NCBI GenBank assembly: GCA_037447605.1
Contig: CM074813.1
Coordinates: 3,224,001-3,288,000 of the forward strand
DNA from: Zygnema circumcarinatum SAG 698-1b
Lineage: Eukaryota > Plantae > Zygnematophyceae
Direction: 5' to 3'
DNA length: 64,000 nt
A model generated the notes under the pieces. The model had not been told where the DNA came from. It did not search any database and saw only the letters and a program-made list of their open reading frames with translations. The translations under genes were made by a program, and so were the position numbers. Positions 19,836 through 32,063 of the stretch are shown here, piece after piece. How positions within the stretch are numbered: the first letter of the stretch is position 1; every line of letters starts with the position of its first letter.

Positions 19836-21593
19836 CTAGAGGGCCGCGGCGGGCTTCCCGAGGCGGCCCGTGCTGGGCCGCAGGGGGGAGGGGACGCGGG
19901 TGAGGCTCTCCTTGGCGCACCCTGCCACCATGCGCTTCCAGGCCGCGGAGTCTTCCCTGTACACAGCTGCCGCCTCCATGTTGATGGGCCGATCCAAGTT
20001 TGCCTCAAAGAAGAGCTGCTGAACCGACACAAGCACTGCCAAGATGCCATGGTAAGGCGTCCACTTTGACACAGCCGGCCGTTTAGATACCCACTTATCG
20101 TTCTCCACATACCCTTCCATAAACTTATGGTCTTTGCTGGTATTCCTGCTGAACCCCCTTGAAACTCTCCGAACCGATGGCGACCCTTCACTTATTGATG
20201 ATTGCTTATTCACAAAAGAAGTTCCCGAAGACTTCGTAATCGATTTCCAAATAGCTTCGGAGGTTAACTTTTCTTCTGGACGTAAAACTCCTCCCTCCTT
20301 TTCTCTTGAGGAGACCGCATTCCCCCCTTCACCTGCTGCTGCTGCTGCTGCAGCTGCCCCACCCTTTGCATCCTCCCCGCCCTTTGCATCCTCCCCGGAA
20401 GACACTGCGGTCGCAGGGGGCGGCGAGGGGGCTGCGGCAGGCAGGGGCGGCAGCGCGCGGCTGACCTCCGCCGGGTCCGCCGGCAGCGAGCCCGTGCGGG
20501 CCACTCCCCGGGGGGGGCTGCCGGCGACCTCCATGCTGTTCTGGCGGGACTCCATCAGGAGCTGACTGCGCATGCTCTTCAGGGACTGCTGGGGCTCAAA
20601 TGGAACTTCAAAAGTCTGAAGGCGAGAAGTGGGGCCAGTGATGCGAAAAGCTTCGAGGAGGTCTATGCACGGGTTGCCCTGGAGAGAGATGTTGGGATGG
20701 AACATGCGCGAAAGAAACCGCAAATTGAATGGTGGCAGGCGCGGATACTCTTCTGGGATCTCAATCTGCAGAGTATATCTGCACACATTACAGCCTCCGA
20801 ATGGGTTCATCACCATTGCAGACGCATAAGCTTTACATGCAGTAGGCTGCTGAGAGCATATACCGACAAAGCATGACACCAGACGTCAGTACTGACCGAG
20901 CCATATGCTCGTCCAGCTCCGCTACCTTGATAAATCAACTGCACTGATCAGACCATGACATTGGTCATTTTTCAGCATTAGTGACGGTCCTGAAGTCCTG
21001 ATCTGAAGCTTCAGTTCCTGCTCAGCCTGGCCATACGATCGTGAGGATTGCCATGATTGACAAGGGCATTTCGACCAGTATGCATTAACTGATTTATCTA
21101 GTACCACGCTCAAGAAGGAGATTGAAGCTGCCCCAGCAGAGACAACCTGAATCTGAGCATGTACAGAATGTACAGGACGAATGACGCAGCAAACACAGTC
21201 AAACAGAACTATGGCCTTTATCAACTTTTATTGGGCTTGGAATCAGGCGCAGATCAATCCAGGGACAAACTAGGCAACAAAATCACTGCTCGCGAATCAC
21301 TAAATCAAAATGCATCTGCAGCAAATCATCAGCGCGTTGGCTGGTTAGGCATCCACCAGACGGACTAGCACAAAAGCGCACCTTCCAGTATGCCATGGAG
21401 TGCCCTCGGGGCCCTCGAAGACCGCCTGCCACAGGAAGAGGTTGTCCTCCCTCACGGGTCCCGCCGCGATCCCCGGAAGAGGGCGCTGCGCGAGGAGGCG
21501 GAGCTCGCTGCTGAGGCGGACCATGGCGGCCGCGACCTGCCCGAGATGCGCTGAGCTCGCGACCGCCATGGTGTACCGGTCGGGCTGGGGAGG
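19836..21593 (-). CDS. Ubiquitin-conjugating enzyme (E2/UBC) domain with a large internal insertion; 2 exons (21382-21593, 19836-20778); possibly the C-terminal part of the upstream OTU gene
   Basis: RLSSELRLL..RPLPGIAAGPVREDNLFLWQAVFEGPEGTPW..GR|YTLQIEIPEEYPRLPP..RFLSRMFHPNISLQGNPCIDLL (HPN motif and catalytic Cys), then KWTPYHGILAVLVSVQQL...PINMEAAAVY. An in-frame ATG lies at 21569. Confidence 0.9.
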
Positions 21594-22007
21594 CTGCTCA
21601 CAACCGCCAAAATGAGAAATTCAGGTTTAAACTGCCGAGGAAGAGTAGCCACTACAGTCATGTGATCAGGAGCCCACAAACAAATGCATGATACTCTATT
21701 TCGAAACAATGGCCCATACTGGCAAACGGTCTCTGACTGGAACGGGAAGAGAGAGGAAATCACTTCCAACAAAAAGAGTGTTTTACAAATTGACCACATG
21801 CAGACGAGCTGATTAATGCGGTAAAGAGTCATTGACCTCGCATACTGGCCCTCACATCAATGGAAAGTACCATCGAGATTTCACCACCATAGGATGCATT
21901 GCAAAAGCGACCAAACGAGTCACTCTATGTGAGTTGACCGCAGAAAACTCTCTCCATTGCCAGTCTGTAACACGTCGGAGTGGCGAACAGAGTCCCTCAG
22001 GCAAAGG

Positions 22008-25000
22008 TTAGCAAACGTGAGGCACATCTCCGCGGACCAAGTCTGACCAGGCCTTCAACAGGAGCAGCTGCTGCCACCATACCTTGCTCAGAACTTGCAG
22101 CGCCACATCTGCGACGGCCATAACTCGCAGCTTTCCGGTTATCTGCTGCGCCAGACTCACCCATTCGGCTCCATGCTTTACCGCTCTCTTCTCCTCTACG
22201 CCGCCCCTCCCCTCCAGCAGCCCTGACGCGCTCACCCCCCTGCGGTGTGCCCCCCCCCCAAGGTCCGACGCTACTCCTCCTCCCCTCATACCGTTCACGC
22301 CTCCGTAAGGCGCAATGGTCGGTGCCGGCACAATGTGCTGAATGACCATGTCCCCGGCCGACCCGGTGCCCCCGGTCCCGTCCCTGCCGCTCCAGGAGTC
22401 CTCCCAGGTCCCCGCGAACTTCCCGCCCTTGCGCGAGCGCAGGGTGGCGCTCTGCGCGAGGCGCGCCTTGGCGCGGCCGCGCGCGCGCTCCTCCTCGACG
22501 AGCGCGTGCGCCTTCAGGTACGGGTCGTCGCCGGGGCCGACCGTCGCGAGGCGCTCGAGGCCCGAACTGAGGCCCAGCCGCCGCCGCACGCGCTCGCCCA
22601 CGTTGCTCTCCGCGTCGAGCCCCGCCAGGTCCACGCGCACCGCTATGGCGCTCTCGCGGAGCCGCGCGCTCTGAGGGAGAGGGAGAGGGAGGGGAGCGGG
22701 GGGGGGTCAGATGGCAACCCACCCACTCTCACCCACACGGAAGCAAAGCATTCCCAGTGAACTCTTCCTCCCTCCTATTGCCTGTCTCACCACACATGGC
22801 TGGGAGATGGAAATGTGGAGAAATGGGCAAACCCAGCCATACTGCTTCGGCCGATTTCGCTAACTTGATGGGGCTCAAGGGGACGACAACAAGTTTGAAG
22901 ATGATCTAGTGATGATCTAGTTGATCTAGTGCGAACTTCTTGCCCAGCCTCTTGAAGCATCCAAGATCCCAATTCCCTCGCAAGATTCATCCCAACCAGC
23001 AACCCATCTCCAGTCCAAACAAAGGGTCGCCTTTGGTGCCCTTGGTGTGATTTCCCTTGCTTCTGCTTGGTGGATTGCCCTTTGTTCGACGACACTATTC
23101 TTCATTTTCCAACAGGACTCGACATAAAAGGAGAAGAAAAGACCCCTTCCCACCTTCCGACTGCTCTTGAGAGCCCTTTCACTTGCAGAAGTGACTTTGC
23201 GGCCGCGAAGATCCTCCCTGTTGAGCCCCCCCCCGTCCTTGCAGTCCTTGGCGAAGGAGAGGGAGCGGACCAGCGGCTCCACCCTCGCAGGGGTCCCCTC
23301 GTCCTCCGAGTCCGACCCCGCCCACCCGCCGGTGCCCGCCGCCGCCGGCTGCCGCCTCCCCGCCCCCCTCGCCGGGGCCGCCAAGGCCTCCTCCTTGAGG
23401 TCGGCCTGGGGGAGGGAGAGGGGGAGGGGGAGGGAGGGGGGGGGGGCGGGGCCATTGCCGGGCTTGCCGCCGTGCAGGGGAGAGAGCCCGTCAAACAGGG
23501 ACCGCTGCGCTGGCACTTCCGGACTGGTCCACGTTGAAGGAGGAGCATCCGCGAGGTTCGGGAGGTCGATAACTGGAGGCAGCGCTGGAGGTACGTTGGG
23601 GTCTATGGAACGAGCCAGCAGGTGGCCTTGAAGTCGAACAACATGTGTTCGCACCTGTTTGAAGCGATAACGGAAGTAAGAAAGAGAAGCACTCTCTTAG
23701 CGCTTAGCCCTTTGAGGAGATCAGCGGACATCAGCAAACTCCAGAAGTGAAAATTTCGGAGTTTCAATTTACCCAGAACATCTCATCAAGCATGCAAACG
23801 GAAAGCCTTCTATAGTCTGACTGGATTTGGAAATGAAAGTAGCTGTGGAATTTCTGCCAAGGACACCCAGGCGCCCTTGCACATGCGCAACCCATTACTC
23901 CTCAGAAGGGACCAACTAACTCCCTGGTTCAGCTGGAAAAACGAGGATAGACTCTAAATGTGCTCTCTGCCTGCCTGAACATTCCTGTCAATAGAGTAAC
24001 CGCTTGGGAACAGAGGCAGGCAGGCAGGCTACCTGCTCTACCAGGTCCAGCACGAAGCTGGGCTGCTCCGGACGGGTCTGCTGCATGCGCTTCTGCAGGC
24101 GTTGCCGCACTTCGGCGGTGACGACAAAAGGGTTGCTCCCCTGCAAACGATGGCTCCATTCATTGTGAGCTGTTGAAGCGCGCAGCAGCATCAGCAGGTG
24201 ATGAGGTTGGAGAAGGGAAAGTAAACAATGTTGCATGCACTAATCGCCAAGCCCATCATCTTGCCAAAGACGAACCCAAAAATCCAAGAACCCGTTTTCC
24301 TACCGCCAAGCACCCGCCTTTTCAGCAGTCAAGGCATGAAGTTACGATTTAAGTGGACAGCAGACAGAGGAACAATGACGCCACCCACCGCCTACTAGTA
24401 CAACACCCGGCTGTAGAAGGGAGCACACAAACAGTAGAAGGAAAACGCACTCTCTACCAACAGTTAACAACAGCTGAAGACGACATTTACCTCCAGCATC
24501 TTCATCGAACCTCTATGGCAGAAACCTCCCATTTCCAGTCTCATTCCAAGCCTTTCTGACTCAATTGAATCAGTGAGGATGAGGCAGAGAGAGAGAGGGA
24601 GGGAGAGAGATAGGGGGGAGAGAGAAATAGCGAGAGATCAAAAGTTTTTAGAATTGATGAGCGAGGAAGACCATATACTCTTGCAACGAGTGCCTTACGT
24701 CACTTCTTATGCATCCGTTCACATCTGCCCCCAAAACCCAGAAACTGCACGGCAAGCATATTGCAGAGGCAGCTTACCTGCTCCTTTGATTCCACCAAGG
24801 GCGCGTCTTGGGGAGTCCATCGAATTGGCTTCTGGGACACCGTCCAGACGAGCGGCACAAAATGGTTGTGCGCGTCACTGCACGAGCGAGAAGCACGCAG
24901 AGCGTCAGCTGCCGCCCTGAGCCCTGAGCCCTGAGCCCTGAGCCCTGAGCCCTGAGCCCTGAGCCCTGCGCCCTGAGCCCTGAGCCCTGCGCCCTGAGCC

Positions 25001-28000
25001 CTGAGCCCTGAGCCCTGAGCCCTGAGCCCTGAGCCCTGAGCCCTGAGCCCTGAGCCCTGAGCCCCTGAGCCCTGAGCCCTGACCCCGGAGCCCTGCGCCC
25101 TGAGCCCGGAGCCCTGCGCCCGGTGCCCTAAGCCCTGCGCCCTGAGCCCTGAGCCCTGAGCCCTGAGCCCTGAGCCCTGAGCCCTGAGCCCTGAGCCCTG
25201 CGCCCTGAGCCCTGAGCCCTGCGCCCTGAGCCCTGAGCCCTGAGCCCTGAGCCCTGAGCCCTGAGCCCTGAGCCCTGAGCCCTGCGCCCTGCGCCCTGAG
25301 CCCTGCGCCCTGAGCCCTGAGCCCTGCGCCCTGCGCCCTCGGGTGCGCGTTCTCACCTCGCCCAGCCGAGCGCGACCGGCCAGGGGTGCCACGTGTCCGG
25401 GTCGTGGCGCAGCGGCCCGAAGAGGCCCGCGACGCCCTCGTAGCCTCCGCCCCACGCGCGCACCGCCTCCTGCACGCACGCACGCGCCGCCTTGAACACG
25501 CTTTATGGTCTCATTCATACAGGAATGCACGGTAGCAAAAACACTATGCAATCCATGTCCTCACTTTGCAAGTCTCTTCTAATTCTGTCAACATTTCCAG
25601 CCTCTCTAGGATTAAAACCCTTTTCAAAATTCACAGCCAGGCTAAATAGGACTAGGAGTTATTGATTGGAGACAACAACCCTGACGTCAGAACACATCAG
25701 ACCAAATAGCCAAAAGTAATAAAGGTCAATGCCTTTCGATGACACAGCGAATCCATGCATTTCCCTGGAAACCTACAGTTTTATTTGTACAGAAATCCTC
25801 CTTAACTCGTGTCAATTGATCATGCACACTCCGGAGTAACATTGTTGATGCCTGAATGGCATCAGACTATTGATGAAGATGCAATCGAGACTATCCATGA
25901 AGCTGATCGATGGGAGTAAGTACACACTCGGCAACCCTAAAAATCAATTCAATGCCTGACACACTGTGCTCCTCGAAAAATTGGCGGCCTGAATTACTTG
26001 GTTGCCCAAAAAAATCTCTGTAACATCTCAGAAGTAGGCCCTTTCTCCAAAGATTGTAAAAACATCCGCCATGCCTTAGCCTACTGATGTCCCACTAAAT
26101 GCCCCTCTAGTGTTTGCTAGTTCTTACTTGCCAATTTTCACAACTAAAGTGGCAATACCTGAGGTGTTTCAGGGGACTTAGCTTCACCATCGCCATCTCC
26201 GTAGGCCCGAAAACAGAATTGACTGACTAGAGAAGTCTTATTGAAAACCAACGTTTGTCTAGAGGAAAATTCTTCAGAAGGTAGGAGCCGGATCGTGAAG
26301 GGAAGAACAAGAAACAGAGGAGAGGGAAATAGCCATGAGCTTTCATGTCAAAGTTAAACTAGACTCACCTCTGATGCAAACAGGATAATTGGGCGGTGTA
26401 TGACATGAGCGAGCGCCACAATGTGGAGAATGGACAGAAAGTGATTCGGCGTGGCGGCCTGATACAAAGCATCCTCCACCTCATCGAAGGATAGCCGCTT
26501 CTCGTACCTGCCACACCAGCATAGCACGTTAGGAGATGGCATTGAACTAAGCACTAGAAGCTCGAGTGCGCGGCGCTGCCACGGCTCCTTCCGCGCCCGA
26601 AGGGAGGGAGCAAAACTGCTAACAGACGAGCCCCTGAACCGGCCTTGAAGCAATAGGGCGGCGTGCGAGACCTACCAGGAGCGATTTCTACTAAGCTCGT
26701 CCCACACTCTATAGCGGAGGGCATCTGAAAATAGCTCCACTCCCCAAATGCCTCTCGACACAGCATGCAGAAGGCAGTTGCCATCTCCTGTTGTAGCCAA
26801 AGGGCACACAAGCACACCCTGCCAAAAAGTTGCATGCACACGAAGAGAGGGAGAGGGAGAGGGAGAGGGAGAGGGAGAGGGAGAGGGAGAGGGAGAGGGA
26901 GAGGGAGAGGGAGAGAGAGGGAGAGGGAGAGAGGGAGAGGGAGAGGGAGAGGGAGAGGGAGAGGGAGAGGGAGAGGGAGAGGGAGAGGGAGAGGGAGAGG
27001 GAGTGGGGGAGGGAGAGGGAGAGGGGAGAGGGAGAGGGAGAGGGAGAGGGAGGAGAGGGAGAGGGAGGGAGAGGGAGGAGGGAGAGGGAGAAGGAGAGGG
27101 AGAAGGAGAGGGAGAGGGAGAGGGAGAAGGAGAGGGAGAGGGAGGAGGCGAGACAGGGAGAGAATAGGCCGGGACGGGAGAACGAGTGACAGGAGAGGAG
27201 GGATCACGAGAGAGAGAGGGCAGCAGAGCGAGAGAATAGTGCGGGACAGGAGAGCGAGGGTGGAAGAGGGTAGAGTCAAAACGTGTATAGAATCACATAT
27301 GAACAAGACATCATAGAAAATTAAAAGAATACCCGCTCTTTGACTGAAAAAAACACGGTGTACACTTGGAGGCGGATGCAAACTATGCCATGGAAGTGAG
27401 AGTATGGTCCCTGGGAGTCTCATGGACAGCAAGGAGCATCATGGCATGTTCTTTAAAGAGGCATGTGGTGGCTCTCACCTGCTCCTTTTGCACATGCTCA
27501 ATAGTAGAGTGAAGGTACTCTGTGGCGCCCTCATCAATATCATCAGCATATGGCAAGACAAATGTGTAGTGGGTTGCAGGCTGCACAAGGAAACAAGAAA
27601 TATCGAAATGAGTAGTCCACATCGAAAACAAACATTTCAAACTCAGAATCATTAGCCATAACCCAGGCATGACATGAAGGTTTACCATGGAGGATCTATT
27701 CCGTGATCCGACTTATGCAGCTCTTTCAATCACCCCATAGATCATGAACGATGGATGCAGAGAAATAAAAATTGCAGGCGTAAATGGCTATGCTACAAAA
27801 AAGAAACTCCAACCGACTTCAGGAAACGCTCTATGTAGGCCCTTGTTCTCCAAACCCATCCACCCCCCCCCCCCCCTTTCTCCCTCCACCAAATTTAACG
27901 CTGGAAGTCATAAGCAAAACCGCCATCTAAAGTTTTCGTCAATCTTATAACCCAAGTCACAAATAATGCATGCACCTCTGATGCATTCGTGAATTGATAA

Positions 28001-30402
28001 TCCACTCCGCAAGTCAATGCACGACTATCCCCGAGTCCATGCCTACGATATAAATGAGAGGTGGTGCTCTGTGTAAGTCCTGAAACATTCCATTGGGCTT
28101 ACGACCCAGCTTGGCAGCCTTACGCTACAATCTCAAACCGTACTCAAGGCATGCATGCTTACGAAGTACATGTTATTGGAAACATGTGCTCACAAGCAGG
28201 AATGAACAGAGCCTGCTCGACAACCTACACACATGGGTCTGCTTACATACCAGCTCGGGAAAGACCTGCCGGATAACAGGAGCCAGCAGAAGCAAATCTT
28301 GCCGAAGTAGTGTGTCTCGGTCACCCTCCGGCATATCCTGCCAGACACGGTCCATGCGATAACAAGTCTAATGAGAAACTGTACTTTTCCTACCAGCTCC
28401 ATAGCCCATATTCTGAACGATTGGAGGTTTTCGAACGAGAGTAAGCGCGAATGTCAACAAGATTAAGTTCCAATGAAGAGTCCACGACATCTCCCAATCC
28501 ACCAACATGCACTCCAGATCCCCAGATGACCAGGTTTCGAATTCAGAGTATGTGAGTGCGAATCAGCCTAGCCATCTAGTAACTCAAAAATAAAACAACA
28601 TCTCTAAAGTGCAAAATGATCCAGAGTGCAAGGGTACAATACGGAGAAACAGGAGTGAAGGAAAAATTGGAGCGAATTCATGCGTGGTTCAGAGAGTGCC
28701 TACACTCAGATTTGATGATCTCACCCTTGAAATATGGTAATTCCTTGCCTTACAGGGCATCAGAGCCAACCCTGGTCATTTCGGGACATTTCCAAAGCAA
28801 TGCTGGATGAAGAAAAAATAATTATAAAACAGTGTTGTTCCCTTCAACAAACGGGCTAAACGAACAAAATACTTGAAGCAGGCCACGTTTGGCTGAAGAT
28901 AAAAACTCAAGCACACAGGGATTTTTCTGATTGTGTTACTGATCTCATGTCTGGCTTTGACATTCCTGTCGAGAGTACGGGCGGTTGTGCAACTCCAACT
29001 GGACTTGCCACAGCGGCATCCATGCTGCTGCACCTAAAGCTCCTTACAATTTATATCTCAATAGCTTGCTGGAAAAGTATTTACCAGATAGCATAAATAA
29101 AATAACAACGTTTTCACATGCAACTTGCCCTTTGCATTTCACCTTGCCCTCTCAAATAATTTGACAAGATTCAACAAGTTCAGCATATCGCCAAGGTGCC
29201 GATGCCAGCTGATGTGGTGACAGACGATAGCGCACCACAACAAAGCCGCCTATTGTTGCCACAGCCACAAGAAGAAACCTTCAAAATGTTTAATTTGCCC
29301 TAATCATTACAATAGCGTGACAAACACTTGCTTCAGTATCTCGCTCTGCCATCACTTTCAACATGTAAGCTTCCACACAATGTCGACACTGTATTCACCT
29401 AAGCAGAGGACAGGTCATGGGCACGCTTTGAGCAGTAGCTTGCAGGGTTTCCCACAGAAACAAAAATTACCGGAATGAAAAAGCTTCGACAACACACAGG
29501 TACACTTGACCTGTGGCTCTTCTATGAATCTTCTTTACCTGACGGGCTCGTTTTACTAATGATACATGCGCATTTAAGCTGAATATACAGACTGTGAGAT
29601 TTTCACACTTTCGCAGATGAGATTCTTATGAAGCACACAATAGCCCCGCGTGCCAGCTTCTGTTGATGATTGCAAGAAACTACATTCGTGAAGATGTCAA
29701 AGCAAGGGAAGAACCAGACCACAAACGGCCACCTCACAAATTTTGGGATCATCTGCGCTTCACATATGGGCTCTCGAATCGACAGGCTATGAAAATTTGG
29801 AGGGGTGCAGAGGTGGGTTGAGGACAGTTGCAAGATAAAGCGCCAAGGAAACGATATATCGGGAAGAATGACAACTCGAGCGGCAAGTTCTTGGAAAGCC
29901 TACGTGAAAAACACTTCTCCTGCCGTTAAACGTAACAAATAGAAAAAAGCCAAACCTTCAAAAAGGTTTTGACTTAACCATCTCGTCCAGGAGTGGATTC
30001 AGATGCAGGAACGGAATGGAATCAAGAATCTTGATTCAGCAAAACGGAGTCAGCCCTGAGTTCTGACGCTCGTGTAGCTGGCTGGACCGCATTCGAAGGG
30101 GAAATGCTCACCCTGAGCTTGTCCTGCAGGTCCATAATGGCTTGGTGTGGGTTGGCGCCGTCCTTTTCCTGCTCTTTGTGTCCGTTCTCCGCCACATCCG
30201 CGGCCGCGCCCTCCGCATGGCTGCTTTTCCATCTCCAGTCGTCCGCTGGAGACTTTCTGCGTCGCTGGGGCTTGTCGCTCTCGTAACGGTAGAGCTCCGT
30301 GCCCAGGGAGGACACCTCTTGCTCGTACCGCTCGTATCGGCCCAGCGAGCGCCGCGCGGTGCCGCGCGTGCCACAGCACGTACAGGCGAAGAGGCTCGGC
30401 AT
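22008..30402 (-). CDS. OTU-family deubiquitinase of the VCPIP1(VCIP135)/A20 type with a long C-terminal extension; 11 exons
   Basis: Exons 30112-30402, 28917-29033, 28251-28367, 27479-27580, 26676-26818, 26369-26507, 25357-25469, 24778-24877, 24033-24140, 23154-23654 and 22008-22670 join in frame via GT-AG. The translation contains [48 protein letters not shown] (Cys box), [16 protein letters not shown], and [17 protein letters not shown] (His box). These motifs are missed by the ORF track because the exons are short or in other frames. Confidence 0.85.
24915..25340 (-). repeat. Intronic 7-bp tandem array (CTCAGGG)n / (CGCAGGG)n, about 60 units
   Basis: ccctgag and ccctgcg units repeat on the + strand and fill most of the intron at 24878-25356. 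Confidence 0.95.
26843..27146 (+). repeat. Polypurine (GGGAGA)n tract of about 300 bp in an OTU intron
   Basis: Almost pure G/A hexamer repeat on the + strand, which reads (TCTCCC)n on the gene's sense strand. Confidence 0.95.
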
Positions 30403-31211
30403 GCTGCCGCGCGCCGCAGAGCAGAGCAGAGCAGAGCGCTCCGCCCGACTCCAACTCGCGCGCTCTCTTGCCCGCCCGCCCGCCCACCCGCGCTCAGCGC
30501 GCGCGCCCCCTCCGCCTCCCCCGCCGCGGCGCTGTCATGGCCTGCCTCCCCTTCCCCTCCCCTCCGCTCCCCTCGCCTCCCCTCCCCTCACCTCCCCTCA
30601 CCTCCCCCGGCAAGGCCATGCCAGACGCGTCGCGGCCAGGCTGCCCGCCAAGGGCCGCCAGCTGCGCGCCCGCCCGGCCGCCCGCCCGGCCGCCCGCGGG
30701 ACCGCCCGCCCCCCCTCCGCCGTACTCTCCGGTCACAGTACGGTACGGCCCGCCGTACGGTCCTCGCTTTTAAACAGTACTGTACTGCACAGGTCGGACC
30801 ATTGGATCGGCAACCATTGGACAACCATTGGATAGCAATGGTTGGACGTCTAGTGGTTGGCAACCAGTCGAATGGTTGACCTAATGGTCCGACCACCTGG
30901 TACTGTACTTGTACTGCAAACAGCCCGCCCGCCCGACCGGCCCGCCCGCCCGCCCGACCGGCCCGCCCGCCCGCCCGACCGGCCCGCCCGCCCGCCCGCG
31001 CGTCACCGATTTGCGCCAGACGGAGCGCAAAAATGGTATGGCATGACATGGCATGGCATAGTATGGCATGACATGGCATGGCATGACATGACGTGACGCT
31101 AGCCGCGAGGGCACGCTCCGACCAATCCTGGCCCGCCCGCCCGCCCGCCGACCACCCGCCCAGCGCGAAAGTGCGCGCCCGGGCGGCCGTTCTGTTGGGC
31201 GAACGCGCAGA

Positions 31212-31410
31212 TGGGATACGATATCGGGATGGATAGTACGATATCGGGATAGATAGTACGATATTGGAATACTACGATATCGGACTATTATAATATCGGG
31301 ATATATAATATACTATCGGGATAGTATGATATCGGGATATTACGATATCGAGATAGTACAATATTCAGATATGTAGTACGATATCGGGATTGTACGATGT
31401 CGGGAATATT
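31212..31410. repeat. Degenerate minisatellite of about 16-21 bp (acgatatcgggata.atagt)
   Basis: About 10 GATATC-centred units in tandem. Confidence 0.85.
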
Positions 31411-32063
31411 TCGCACGCATAACATCGCATCGGCCGCAGTGACGTGACGTGACGGCCGGCAGGCCCGGCGAGCAATTCAACGCGCCAGAGCCGCCGCCGG
31501 CCCCCTCCGCCCGCTACGATACGCCTGCGATGTGGCGATACTGTATCCGAAAAAATGACTTGCAAAAATGTTTCCCCGCGCCAACCGTACGGCGCGCCCG
31601 TCCACCCGCCTCGCCGGGAGGCCCGCCCGCCTGCCGCTGCCGCGTTTTGCTGACGCCCGCCCCTGCCACTGCCCCCGTCCCCGCCCGCGTCCCGGCCCCC
31701 GGGAGGGACCCGGGCTCGCCGGTACCGTACGGCTCTCGCCGAATGTCTTCCTTCCGCACTAAACGACAAAAAGAGGAAAGCCTCCGAACAAAAGTACAAA
31801 AGTGCGAATTCTTAGCGGCGCAGGAGTGGACGCGTGGCGCACTCCGTTTGCGGCAGCGCCAGAGCGGCGCCCAAGAGAGGCGGCGGGGCAGGGCCGCAGG
31901 GCAGGGCAGAGCGAAGCGCACCGTATCGTACCGTACCATACCGTACCAAAAGTCCGGACCCTTCCCGCGCGCCCTCCGGACCCTCCCTCCCCGCGCGAGC
32001 GGGCGGGCGGGTGGCCGGCCGAGGCGCGCGTGGTCTCTCCTCCCACCAGAACGCGCAAGATGA

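Noticed and set aside
24700-25551. RAQGSGL-repeat proteins (283 aa and 192 aa)
   Set aside because: Translation of the intronic 7-mer array. The true exons flank it at 25357-25469 and 24778-24877.
26554-27432. [18 protein letters not shown] and ERERER ORFs
   Set aside because: Translations of the intronic (GGGAGA)n tract.
31212-31410. Repeat-spacer-like pattern suggesting a CRISPR array (also 53190-53290)
   Set aside because: The units are adjacent and degenerate without unique 25-45 bp spacers, the context is eukaryotic, and there are no cas genes.
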